A stretch of DNA of 63,767 bases, counting the filler, from Octopus bimaculoides (Eukaryota): the NCBI RefSeq assembly GCF_001194135.2. It is 6 parts of 6 records of this genome, joined end to end, with 100 filler letters (N's around TTAATTAATTAA, not from the genome) between each part and the next. Parts side by side here need not be neighbours in the genome. Positions count along the whole stretch, not along the records: positions 11,100 to 32,643 come from NC_068992.1; 5 more parts are not named here. One strand, 5' to 3'. This document shows, in pieces, positions 13,102-23,809 of this stretch. Below the pieces are notes generated by a model. The model was given only the letters and a program-made list of their open reading frames with translations, did not search any database and was not told the origin of the DNA. Each line of letters begins with the position of its first letter. Position 1 is the stretch's first letter. A program made the translations under genes and the position numbers.

Positions 13102-13380
13102 TCATCATCATCATCATCATCATTTAACGTTCGCTTTCCATGGGTTGGATGATTTGACTGAGGACTGGCGAACCAGATGGCTACACCAGGTTCCAATCTG
13201 ATTTGGCAGTGTTTCTACAGCTGGACGCCCTTCCTAACACCAACTGCTCTGAGATTGTAGTGGGTGCTTTTACGTGCCACCGGCACGAAGGCCAGTCAGG
13301 CGGTACTGGCAACGGCCACGCTCAAAATGGTATATTTTACGGGCCACCTACACAGGAGCCAGTCCAGCGGTACAGGTGGT
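13098..13380 (-). mobile_element. Family D retro-element 3' end with (GAT)n tail (SINE or LINE tail)
   Basis: (atc)n-atttaacgttcgctttcca..gatttggcagtgtttctacagctgga; same sequence at 17703-17846, 21850-22078 (+) and 28118-28560. Confidence 0.8.
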
Positions 13381-13405
13381 GAAGTGGGAAGGGCGGATGC
13401 ACTGC

Positions 13406-14232
13406 GAAACAGCAAAAACTCAGGCTGCCAGTATAAGAGAATATTATGATAATAATGAGATAGAATTGGGCATTTAAAATCTTAACTAGTGCTATAACCA
13501 AGAGTTTTCAGTCAGCCAAACTGTGACAAAATTAGATAAATGAATGCATAAGTGATGATAATGAGCGTGAAAGAGAGGGAGAAAGAGGAGGAGTTGGAGT
13601 GAGCGAAGAGATCTTAAGTTGTTTTTTTTTAAACATACAGTGTGGAAGACGAAACTGTTTACATAGATAGATAATGAAATAGATAGAATAATGAAATGAA
13701 CTAATAAGGTAAATTATGATATGTGCTGAAAAAAGTGAGGTTTAGATGTACTAGGCTGAAAAACAAGATTGCTTATCAACTCCTTTTGACAAGGTGTTAA
13801 AATATGAGATATGGGAATCTGAATGAGCTAGTTTATATAGGGTGGGGTGGGGTGAGGAGCAGAGGCAAAGTTTTAGAAGCAGGTGGTTATCAAAACAGAG
13901 AGAGGGAGAGAGAGAGAGAAAGACTAGAGTTAAGCTGATCAAAGTTAGAACATGAGGCAATAGAATTTTGAGATTTAGGGTAACATAATTTCACAAATGG
14001 GGTTAACATTGCCATGAAACAGCAAAATCTCAGGCTGCCTGTATGAGAGAATATTATGATAATAATGAGATAGAATTGGGCATTTGAAATTCTTAGCTAG
14101 AGCTATAACTAAGAGTTTTCGGTTAGCCAAACTGTGACAAAATTAGATAAATGAATGAAGTGACAATAATAAATGAGCGTGAAAGAGAGGGAGAAAGAGG
14201 GGAAGTTGGATCGAGTGAAGGGATCTTAAGTT
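13406..14232. repeat. Diverged ~215-bp direct repeat (13406-13620 and 14016-14232) downstream of a Penelope element
   Basis: Both copies run gaaacagcaaaa.ctcaggctgcc..gatcttaagtt with scattered substitutions. Confidence 0.9.
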
Positions 14233-14486
14233 TATATATATANNNNNNNNNNNNNNNNNNNNNNNNNNNNNNNNNNNNNNNNNNNNNNNNNNNNNNNNNN
14301 NNNNNNNNNNNNNNNNNNNNNNNNNNNNNNNNNNNNNNNNNNNNNNNNNNNNNNNNNNNNNNNNNNNNNNNNNNNNNNNNNNNNNNNNNNNNNNNNNNNN
14401 NNNNNNNNNNNNNNNNNNNNNNNNNNNNNNNNNNNNNNNNNNNNNNNNNNNNNNNNNNNNNNNNNNNNNNNNNNNNNNNNNNNNNN

Positions 14487-14489
<3 letters not shown>

Positions 14490-14518
<29 letters not shown>

Positions 14519-15365
14519 ATGATGGTGTGGTGCTGGGAAATAGTCACTGCTAGTGTGTGCAGAGTGGTGTGGGGTGTGGGTTTGAGTTGAGGATGTGGGA
14601 GTAGGGGTAGGTGTGTGTTGTGGATGGAGGGGGTATCAATGAAGGGAGAAGGTGGGTATGAGCAAAGAGAGGAAGTAGGTGTCAGGGCAAGAGAGAAGAG
14701 GAGAGGTGTGTTGGAGTGGAGAGAGGAGAGGAGGGGAGTCAGATGAAGAGGGAAGGGGAATTCAGCCCATATGGCGCAAAAGAGCAAAGAGAAGATTAAT
14801 TCCTGTTCACAGCGAAGACAGGAGTCAGGATGGCCCCTGTGCAAAGACAATCCGAACACAGACAGGTGTTGTAATGAATGACTGGTAGAGGGGAAATGGC
14901 ACAAGACCAGGGTATCATTGCCAAGTGTAATGTCTTGGAGGTGCTCTGTGAACTGGTCAGCCAAGCGGTGTCCTGTTTGACCGATGTATAGAGAAGAACA
15001 GAAAGAGCAGGAGATACAGTAAATGACATTGCTAGAAGTGTAAAGGGGTCAGTGATATGATAGGGACAATGATGGGTGCTTGTGAGGATGGTGGTGTTAG
15101 AGAGGTAGGGGCAAGTGCTGAAGCATGGGCAAGAGCAGGGGAACGAACTAGGTTGGGAGGTGGGGTTAGGGAAGAAACTGGACCAAGATGCCATGTAGGT
15201 TGTGGGCTCGTTTGAAGGAGGGAAGGGGTAGGTTGGGGAAGATGTGTGAAGTGGAGAGGTCGGACTGGAGTCACCAGAAGGCTCGGAGAATGGTGCGTTG
15301 GATGGGTGGTAGTGAGGTGAAATGGGAGATGGGCAATGGTGGGGCAGGTGCGAGGAGAGAGAGCA
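14490..15365 (-). mobile_element. Penelope-like retroelement, GIY-YIG endonuclease region (decayed)
   Basis: Minus strand ~15035-14780 translates SSNVIYCISCSFCSSLYIGQTGHRLADQFTEHLQDI..HSLQHLSVFGLSLHRGHPDSCLRCEQELIFSL: VIY-YIG motif, CxxC and the conserved E of the GIY-YIG domain; frameshift upstream. Confidence 0.9.
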
Positions 15366-15383
15366 GAGGCACAGTCCAGGGCA

Positions 15384-15661
15384 GTGTGGATGATGATGCA
15401 CCAAACATTTCAGCTGTTTTCATTATGCTAGCACCTGCCATATGTGCACCAACAATTTGACCCCTTTGAAAGGCCAATAGATCTGTCATTTTAATGAATT
15501 TAAATTTATTTTTTCTGATGATATCTGAAAAGAAACAGCAATTTTAGCAAATTTTGAGCAACACTAATAACAAGAGAGAAAACATAAAAATAAACAAGCT
15601 TTTGACGGTTTTAAAGATATTTCAAAATTATGATGCTAGTTTCCATTATTTTGTCCAACTC

Positions 15662-15664
<3 letters not shown>
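15384..15664 (-). mobile_element. Tc1-family DNA transposon 5' fragment (TIR plus transposase N-terminus)
   Basis: Minus strand TA-CAGGAGTTGGACAAAATAATGGAAAC terminal repeat (15664-15639) then MTDLLAFQRGQIVGAHMAGASIMKTAEMFGASSST, a Tc1 paired-like HTH start. Confidence 0.85.
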
Positions 15665-15695
<31 letters not shown>

Positions 15696-15854
15696 TTTAT
15701 TTAAAAGCAGCAGAAATATAACAAAAAACTGTTACTCGGAGTTTCACGTTCCCATGAATATATATATNNNNNNNNNNNNNNNNNNNNNNNNNNNNNNNNN
15801 NNNNNNNNNNNNNNNNNNNNNNNNNNNNNNNNNNNNNNNNNNNNNNNNNNNNNN

Positions 15855-15917
<63 letters not shown>

Positions 15918-16047
15918 GCATATATATATACATACATATTTCTATATACATATAAATGTATATATACATACATTTGTATATATATGCATATATATGTACA
16001 TATATGTATATATACAATATATATGTATATATGCATATATATGTACA

Positions 16048-16090
<43 letters not shown>

Positions 16091-16169
16091 GCATATATAT
16101 GTACATATATGTACATATACATATATATGTACATATACATATATATGTACATGTACATACATATATGTA

Positions 16170-16237
<68 letters not shown>

Positions 16238-16269
16238 CATACACACACACATTATATGTCTTATTTGCG

Positions 16270-16500
16270 ACCCTATGGAAAATGATCCTCCACCAACTAT
16301 TCTGCATACCTTTCAATGCATTGTATCCTGGAAGGTTTGCAAATCTAATGGAGGCCTCAAAAGACATTTTAAGATCCACAAAGATCAGGACTTATCTGCA
16401 GCTCTTGCTGGTCCAAAATCGGATATGGAATCTATGTGGGTGTCTTTTCAAAACATTGTCTGGTTTAAAAAGCCACATCAGATGCCATGTTTCTTCTAAG
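16270..16500 (+). pseudogene. Decayed tandem C2H2 zinc-finger segment, probably a retroelement C-terminus
   Basis: [23 protein letters not shown] (second Cys lost) and, in another frame, [18 protein letters not shown]; frameshift between them. Confidence 0.55.
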
Positions 16501-16944
16501 GTGTATGTACAGGAGGTGGTCAAACTCTATCAAAAAGGGTCTGGCAACTTTAAAGAGATAACATAAATTTCTCAATTTCTTGGAATATTATTTCTTCTGC
16601 TCCTTCTTATAGGATAAGCAATAGAACTTGTTTTTTTATGCCTAGAAGAGTCTTATATAATTATGAAAATGAATGGTTCTATCTTAAATTCGAGAGATGA
16701 GAGAGTTTTTTCTTGTAAACATATGTCTAAATTTCTTTTCATTAACCTTAAATTTTTTTTTTAATTGATAACCCCATATTCTTCTTATTGGTTCTTATTC
16801 TACTTCTTATCCCACTTTAATTGGTTATATCATACCCCCTACCTGCATATATACTGCACACACATGCATATGTCTATGTATACTTGTATATTATGTGTTT
16901 GTGTGTGTGTTGTTGGAAGTGTATGTATATGAGTATATGAGTAT

Positions 16945-16991
<47 letters not shown>

Positions 16992-17205
16992 TTTGTGTAT
17001 GTATGTGTGCATGTATGTATATATATATATTTATATGTATATGACTGTGTGTGTATATTTGTGGATGTATATGTATATTTGTATGTATATATGTGTGTAT
17101 ATTTGTATGTTTGTGTGTGTATATGTATGTATGCTCATGTATGTATGTATTCATTTTTTCATTTTATCTAATTTCAGCTCATGAGCTGTGGCTGTGCTGG
17201 GGCAC

Positions 17206-17243
<38 letters not shown>

Positions 17244-17268
17244 ATATATATATGTATATATATATATG

Positions 17269-17339
<71 letters not shown>

Positions 17340-18309
17340 ATATATATCTATATATATATATATATATATTTGTTTTATGTGAATACGTGTTTGTTATATA
17401 TATATGTATCTTCCCATACACATGTACTCATGTATGTGTGTATATTTATGTGTTAGGTGTATGCATATTTATTCCTTGTGAATTAATAATAATTTTTCCT
17501 TCATCTATTTTTATTAATTTATGATTCTCAAACTCACACCTCTGTGATTACGCGTCAAGTGTTTTACCATTAAACTAAACTACCCAGCAACGAATTCTTC
17601 TGCAATTTTAGAACTTATAAATTTAGCTTCATAAGACGCTAACGTTAAATTCAACTTTACGATGAAAGTAAACAGTTAGACACTTAGTATATTTTCATTT
17701 TCAATCATCATCATCATCATCATCGTTTAACGTCCGCTTTCCATGCTAGCATGGGTTGGACGATTTGACTGAGGACTGGTGAAACCGGATGGCAACACCA
17801 GGCTCCAGTCTGATTTGGCAGAGTTTCTACAGCTGGATGCCCTTCCTGTAACTCTCTATGGCTTTTTCTGTTAGTAAACATGCGTTCATCTTGTTCTTTA
17901 CACTATGTATTCTCTCAATCTTTTACATACATTAAGTTATAGATTTTTTTGCATCAATAAACATGCAAACACATTGATATGTCTTTGTTTTTCGTTTCTT
18001 TCATTGTGTTTTCCCTTTTACAACTTATTTGTAAATATCCAGTTGAATTTTCCCTCTTACCCCATCTGTTTGTCCTTATTGACTTTTATTAATAACTTTT
18101 TTGATGTTCTTCTTTAAACTCTTTACACTGATGAGAATGACAAGACATAACTTTAGTTATAATTATCATCATTATTATTTTCCTTACACATTTACATTGT
18201 CTTTTGAAACGTTCTTATGTATTAAATCCAATTTTAATTTTAACGTCTTTTCTCCATTTTATACTTGTTTATGGTATCTTCATACCCATTACAAACTTAT
18301 TCACACACA

Positions 18310-18344
<35 letters not shown>

Positions 18345-18345
18345 C

Positions 18346-18826
18346 TATGGGGGAATTGTGTGCAGAGCTGTTGAAGGAGGTACAATTCAACTGGATCTAT
18401 AACCTGAGCAGAGTCGGATGAGCCCATGTTTATATTGAAGAAGTTGCTTCTGTTAGTGTTGATGTTAGTGTGGGATCAAAGCTTATTATCGACGGATCTG
18501 AGGGTCTGTCTGGCAGATAGAATTACATCAATTTCCAAGGTTATGTTGGTTAGGTTTTTAGCTAAGGTAAGTGTGTTTTTAAAGAGGATAGGTAATATAG
18601 AGGCATAGTAATTATTGATGTCAATAATTGGAGGAAAGAGGATGTGTTTTTGTTTTAAAGCAGGTAGAACCAGGTGATGACCTTGCCTGTGCAAGACCAT
18701 AAGTTTACATTTAGTTTCTCTCTAATAGAGGCTATGATTGTGTCTAATATATTTTTGCTGATTCATCCGAAATCCAATTTGGTGGAGCAGATGAGACTTA
18801 AGCATTAAGGGCCTCGCCAAAGCATT
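18346..18826 (-). mobile_element. Penelope-like reverse transcriptase remnant
   Basis: LICSTKLDFG*ISKNILDTIIASIREKLNVNLWSCTGKVITWF..(F)DINNYYASI..IDVILSARQTL..NMGSSDSAQV: Penelope RT motifs (DI..YY.SI; MGS.D.AQ) with stops and a frameshift. Confidence 0.85.
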
Positions 18827-19140
18827 CTTTAAAATAGTAGAATCCATTTTCCCACATAACCATAAGTACCATTCTATCTTTAACAGATCCACTTTGAAAT
18901 TATCCTATTCATCTACACCAGATATATAATCTATTATTACCTCATCTAATAAACATAAACTTAGCTCTTACTATCTAAATACATACAACCCTACCATAGA
19001 CCTACACAATGAAAAAACTAACACCGATCACAATAACATATCTAATACCCTTGACCTGCCCACTTTAAAAAACTTAAACATACATAATATAGTCCCCACT
19101 TCTGATGGTAATGGGCGCACACCTGAAACTGATACAAACA
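18827..19140 (+). mobile_element. Penelope-like RT/GIY-YIG linker remnant, opposite orientation to the adjacent RT piece
   Basis: KAFFKIVESIFPHNHKYHSIFNRSTLKLSYSSTPDI*SII matches the F....FP..H....IFNR.T.K.SYS..P Penelope linker. Confidence 0.8.
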
Positions 19141-19170
19141 CTAATATATATATATATATATATATATATA

Positions 19171-19579
19171 GGCGTAGGAGTGGCTGTGTGGTAGGTAGCT
19201 TGCTTACCAACCACATGGTCCCGGGTTCAGTCCCACTGCGTGGCATCTTGGGCAAGTGCCTTCTACTATAGCCTCGGGCCGACCAATGCCTTGTGAGTGG
19301 ATTTGGTAGACGGAAACTGAAAGAAGCCCGTCGTATATGTGTATATATATGTGTATGTGTGTGTGTGTGTTTGTATGTCTGTGTTTGTCCCCCCAACATC
19401 GCTTGACAACCGATGCTGGTGTGTTTATGTCCCCGTAACTTAGTGGTTCGGCAAAAGAGACCGATAGAATAAGTACTAGGCTTCCAAAGAATAAGTCCTG
19501 GGGTCGATTTCTTCGACTAAAGGCGGTGCTCCAGCATGGCCGCAGTCAAAAGACTGAAACAAGTAAAAGTGTAAAAGTG
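19171..19579 (+). mobile_element. Full-length SINE family A copy (tRNA-like head)
   Basis: ggcgtaggagtggctgtgtggt..gggttcagtccc.. head, internal (TG)n, tail ..ccagcatggccgcagtcaaaagactgaaacaagtaaaag; CpGs mostly retained. Confidence 0.9.
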
Positions 19580-21519
19580 TAATATATATATATATATTTA
19601 ATTATATGTATTCATTCTATCCTAATAAATAATAATTCTGATAGAATAAATGGGTTAATAGAAACCAAGGTAGCAAAGATCACAAAATAATTGTGGTGTA
19701 ATTCCTGTTGGTGAGGCAGAAACTCCTTGATATTTTGGGTATTTGACCCCAGGCCGACCAAAGCTTTGTGAGTGGATTTGGTAGATGGAAACTGAAAGAA
19801 GCCCATCGTATATATGTATGTGGTAATTGTTCAGTTTACGTTCGTAAAATCAAAATGAATTGTTGACAATATTGATAGCTTTGATTTTTAGCTTCAGTTG
19901 TTTTTTATTTTTTTTCAGTTCTTGTTTATTTTATATCTTTTTTGAGGCATACTTTTAGTTGCGAGTCTGTTTTATGAAAAGAAAGAAGAAAGCAGTTAGA
20001 AATGATAGCTAGATAACCAGCCAGAAATACAGATTTATGTATGAGAAATAGATAGTTGAGTAAATGATCATTTTCTTCAAAGCGAAGCTACAAATTAATT
20101 GTAGATAACAGATAAAGATGACGAGGAGCAATTTGAGTGAGTACAGTATCAGACAAGAAACTTTGGTGTATTTAGATATGTTCCTTTACTTTTTTTTTAA
20201 CGAACATAAACTGAACAATTACCTCTGTGTGTTGGTGTGTGTATGTCCCTGTAACTTAGCAGTTTGGCAAAAGAGACTGGTAGGATAAGTGCCAGGCTTT
20301 GAAACAAATAGGCAGTAGTGTTGATTCAAGGTGATGCCCCAGCATGGCTGCAGTCTAATGACTTAAACAAATAAAAGATGAAAGAAAGATAAAAAAAATT
20401 CCCGTAACTTAGCGGTTCGGCAAAAGAGACCGATAGAATAAGTACTAGGCATCCAAAGAATAAGTCCTGGGGTCGATTTGCTCGACTAAAAAGGCAGTGC
20501 TCCAGCATGGCCCCAGTCAAATGACTGAAACAAGTAAAAGAGTAAAAGAGTAATTAATAATTTTTTATTTATATTGCTGATTATGAGTCTTTGATATTCA
20601 AGATTTAAAAAAAAAAGAAAAACGAACATAAGAAAAAAGTTTGTTTTTGTTATATGGTGGTGGTGGTGGTGCCGCCGCTGCTTGTGCTTGTGGCAGTATA
20701 GCCCCAGGTTGACACTGAAAGAGCAGATATGTGATTGAAAGCCATTGTTATATTTCAACTTTTTTGATTTCTTACAGATACAGACATAACTTATTTAGAA
20801 TGACATTCTTTAAAAAAGATGAACGTGTCATTTCCTAATTTAAGACAGTTTGGTGTGATGTGAGGGAGATTTGGCAGCTATTTTTAGCAGGTCAAACAAT
20901 CACGTAGACCACACATCCCTCTGTCCCACAGTGGTAGACAGTGGAGAAGAAGAAGAAAATATGAACTTTAGACAAGTAATTAAATGTCAGAATGAAGTAT
21001 GAACATTTCTGAAATACCATGCGCCTCTGAAGGTAGGCAGCATTGCCCAGGAAATAACATAAATAGGACTGCTTGTTCTGTAACGTTGACATTTCCCCAC
21101 TGGCATATGACTGTTTTGTTTAGTTGATACTGTGACATGCTTTCAAAAATCTGAAAACTATAAAACTTTATCACTAGTATTCTTTTGTTTTCTTTCTGAA
21201 TTTAAATCCAGCTGTAATAGGATCAACTGTGCTTTCTTTCATCCTTCTGGGAAATGAGTGGGGGTTGGGTAGCAGTTTTTGTTGCTGGATGGTGGGTAAG
21301 AACTTCAGTCTGGTTTCGACCAGATTTCCAGGTAGATAGGAACTGGAAAGAGGTCATGTCTCTGAAAGGCTGAGTGCAGTGTGCACTACTACCTAGCTGT
21401 TGTACCATGTCCAAAGAAAACTCTGACCAGATCTTACTTTTACAATTCTTATGGAAGGCTCAGGTTCTGCTGGTCAGAAAATTCATCCGCTGTCAACACC
21501 CACTCAGTGGTGGTATTGA

Positions 21520-22044
21520 GATGCTATCCTTGATGATGCAGTGCCACGCCTGGAAGCTGACACACCTGCCAGTCATGCAACACTGGCACCGGTCACACTC
21601 GAATGGTGCTTATTACATGCCACCAGCACGGGTGCCAGTCAGGCAGCACTGGCATTGGTCACACTCGAATGGTGCTGTTTATGTGCTACCGGCATGAGTG
21701 CCAGGCAGGCAGCACTGGAATTGGTCACACTTGAATGGTGCTTATTACGTAACACTGGCACTGGTACCAGTCAGGCGGCACCTGTGCTTGTGGCATGTAA
21801 TAAGCACCATTCAAGTATGACCAATGCCAGTGCTGCCTGACTGGCTCCGGTGGTACATATAAAGCACCCACTACACTCTCAGAATGGTTGGTGTTTGGAA
21901 GGGCATCCATCTGTAGAAACTTTGCTAAATCAGATTGGAGCCTGGTGCAGCCTCCCAGCTTGTCAGTTCTCTGTCAAACCAGCCAACCCATGCCAGCATG
22001 GAAAGTGGACATTAAATGACATCTATGATGATGATGATGATGAC

Positions 22045-22078
<34 letters not shown>
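21520..22078 (+). mobile_element. Family D element with internal ~58-bp tandem units, 5' part inverted
   Basis: Three units (21575-21780) in antisense orientation, then a sense copy from 21793 running to the (GAT)n tail at 22026-22078. Confidence 0.75.
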
Positions 22079-22080
<2 letters not shown>

Positions 22081-22929
22081 AAACCCAAAGGTATATGTAC
22101 TAATTAAATTTTCTGAAGAAGAAGAATGATAAAAAGAATATTCAGTATAATACTTATATAAATTTTAGTAGTTAGCCTGCTGCCAGGATACAATATTTCT
22201 CGACTATCTGGAATGTTTGTTAGAAGTAATTACCTTGGTAACGTAATTCGGTTATGTTACCTAGGCAATGTAATCAGCAGTGGAGGTGGCTGGCATATAT
22301 ATATGATAAGGCTGTAATAAGGAAGACATAATTATTGAACCATCGTATACACCTATTAACCATTTCATTAGAATTCTATAGCTTATGAATTTTGAGGAGA
22401 ACATAATTATTGATACATGAGCATTAAAAAGTGTTTTATTTCACTTGAACAATATTTTGAAAGGGAAGGGGAAAAAAAAATGTAAAACCCCTTTGTTGGA
22501 AAAACTTTAACCAGAGAGGTTTTGTAGGAAAAAAGGTTTTGTTGTATTTTGTCCCATGGGAATTTTTGCCAAGAACCCCCAGATATGGTATTTGTTTTGG
22601 AAATAATTCATGTACTTAGCTTTCAAGGATTCAATTATTTCATTTGCACGTTTGGCAGAGATAGTATTTTGTGCCTATAGAGTTTTCCAGAATACAAGTC
22701 GATGTAGTTTTTGGTGAAAACATGTAGTGTAAACATTCAAACACTGTCACTATCTTATCAAATCTTACTGCATTTCACATGGAGATTTTGGTCCTCCAAA
22801 GTTCTCGTAGTACATTAGCTGCCCATCTTGGTCTGGAAAATTTGACTTGTACACCAGATAATACGTTATTTTGCTATCCATTTGGTTAAGCACTCTCATG
22901 AAGGTTTTTGTTGTATAGCTCTGTATTAA

Positions 22930-23151
22930 CCCTTTCGTTACCGTATTTATTTTGAGATGCTCTGTTTTTCTTTCCATTAATTTTAAATATAACAAAGAAT
23001 TTAGTAAAATACCTTAATTACCATTAAGCTAGTGTTAGGAACATAAATTGTGACTAAGATTTGGTGGAAGATTTTAATTCAAAATTTAAGAAAACAAGGC
23101 ATTTATACTACAGAACCAGAGGTGGTTTTGGCCGGGTTGGTAACGAAAGGG
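22930..23151. mobile_element. piggyBac-like MITE (222 bp)
   Basis: TTAA(22926-29)-CCCTTTCGTTACC ... GGTAACGAAAGGG-TTAA(23152-55): perfect 13-bp TIR starting CCC with a TTAA target duplication. Confidence 0.9.
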
Positions 23152-23746
23152 TTAACCTTTATCTGGTAGACCTTTTATGAAAGGCAGTCCAGCTGTAACC
23201 ATCTTTTTTTAAGGGCTATGTACAGCTGTATTATCTACTATCTCCTCAATATTTAAGGTATGGCTGTGGTGGTGGATTGGTAGAGTCAGTAGACAGTTGG
23301 ATATAATACTTCAGTGTTTGTTCCAGCTCTCTGCTCTTTGAGTTCAAATCCCATCTAAGTCAACTTTGCCTTTTATCCTTTTAGGCTTGATAAAAAAAAA
23401 AGTCCCAATCTAGGGCATTGCAATGTTAGAACTGTTAAACCTTCTGAGAGGATGCCTTGCACTATGCATTCTGACAGCAACAATCACGATGACACTGGTG
23501 CCATACTGTATCAACCCTTACTTGTCCTATGAGCATCATCGGTGACAGGGAGAAGGGAAACCTACATGTATCAGCAGTTGCTAGTTGACCTGTGCCATTG
23601 AGAGGAACTTTCCCTGTACAGAAAGCCACAGTCAGTCACAATCAAACAAGGCCCTAGTAAGAGGGTATGATTTGAAGAAGGTTCCGTTGCTGTTTCTAGC
23701 ATGTTGGTTGGCCAGATATCTTGGCTGTATAACTTAGTTTTACTTC

Positions 23747-23809
23747 TGCATCAAGTCTTTTTAAAACATCAAGTTCAATATCCAGTGTAATCCCTTTCTG
23801 CTTCCTTTT
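23747..23809 (-). mobile_element. Tigger/pogo (CENP-B-like) transposase N-terminal remnant
   Basis: KRKQKGITLDIELDVLKRLDA resembles the KR....ITL..KL.V..R.. start of Tigger HTH domains; short, no termini seen. Confidence 0.45.

Noticed and set aside
13770-13815. Possible decayed hammerhead on the minus strand (GGAGTTG..CAATCTT stem)
   Set aside because: Neither CUGANGA nor GAAA core is present; too degenerate to call.
20118-20142. Micro-exon candidate ATAAAGATGACGAGGAGCAATTTGA|gtgagt
   Set aside because: Good donor but no pyrimidine tract; the alternative upstream acceptor gives stops in all frames.
21575-21850. Regularly spaced ~58-bp repeats as a CRISPR-like array (also 28290-28520)
   Set aside because: Units are contiguous diverged tandem copies with no unique spacers, lie inside a dispersed retro-element, and the context is eukaryotic with no cas genes.
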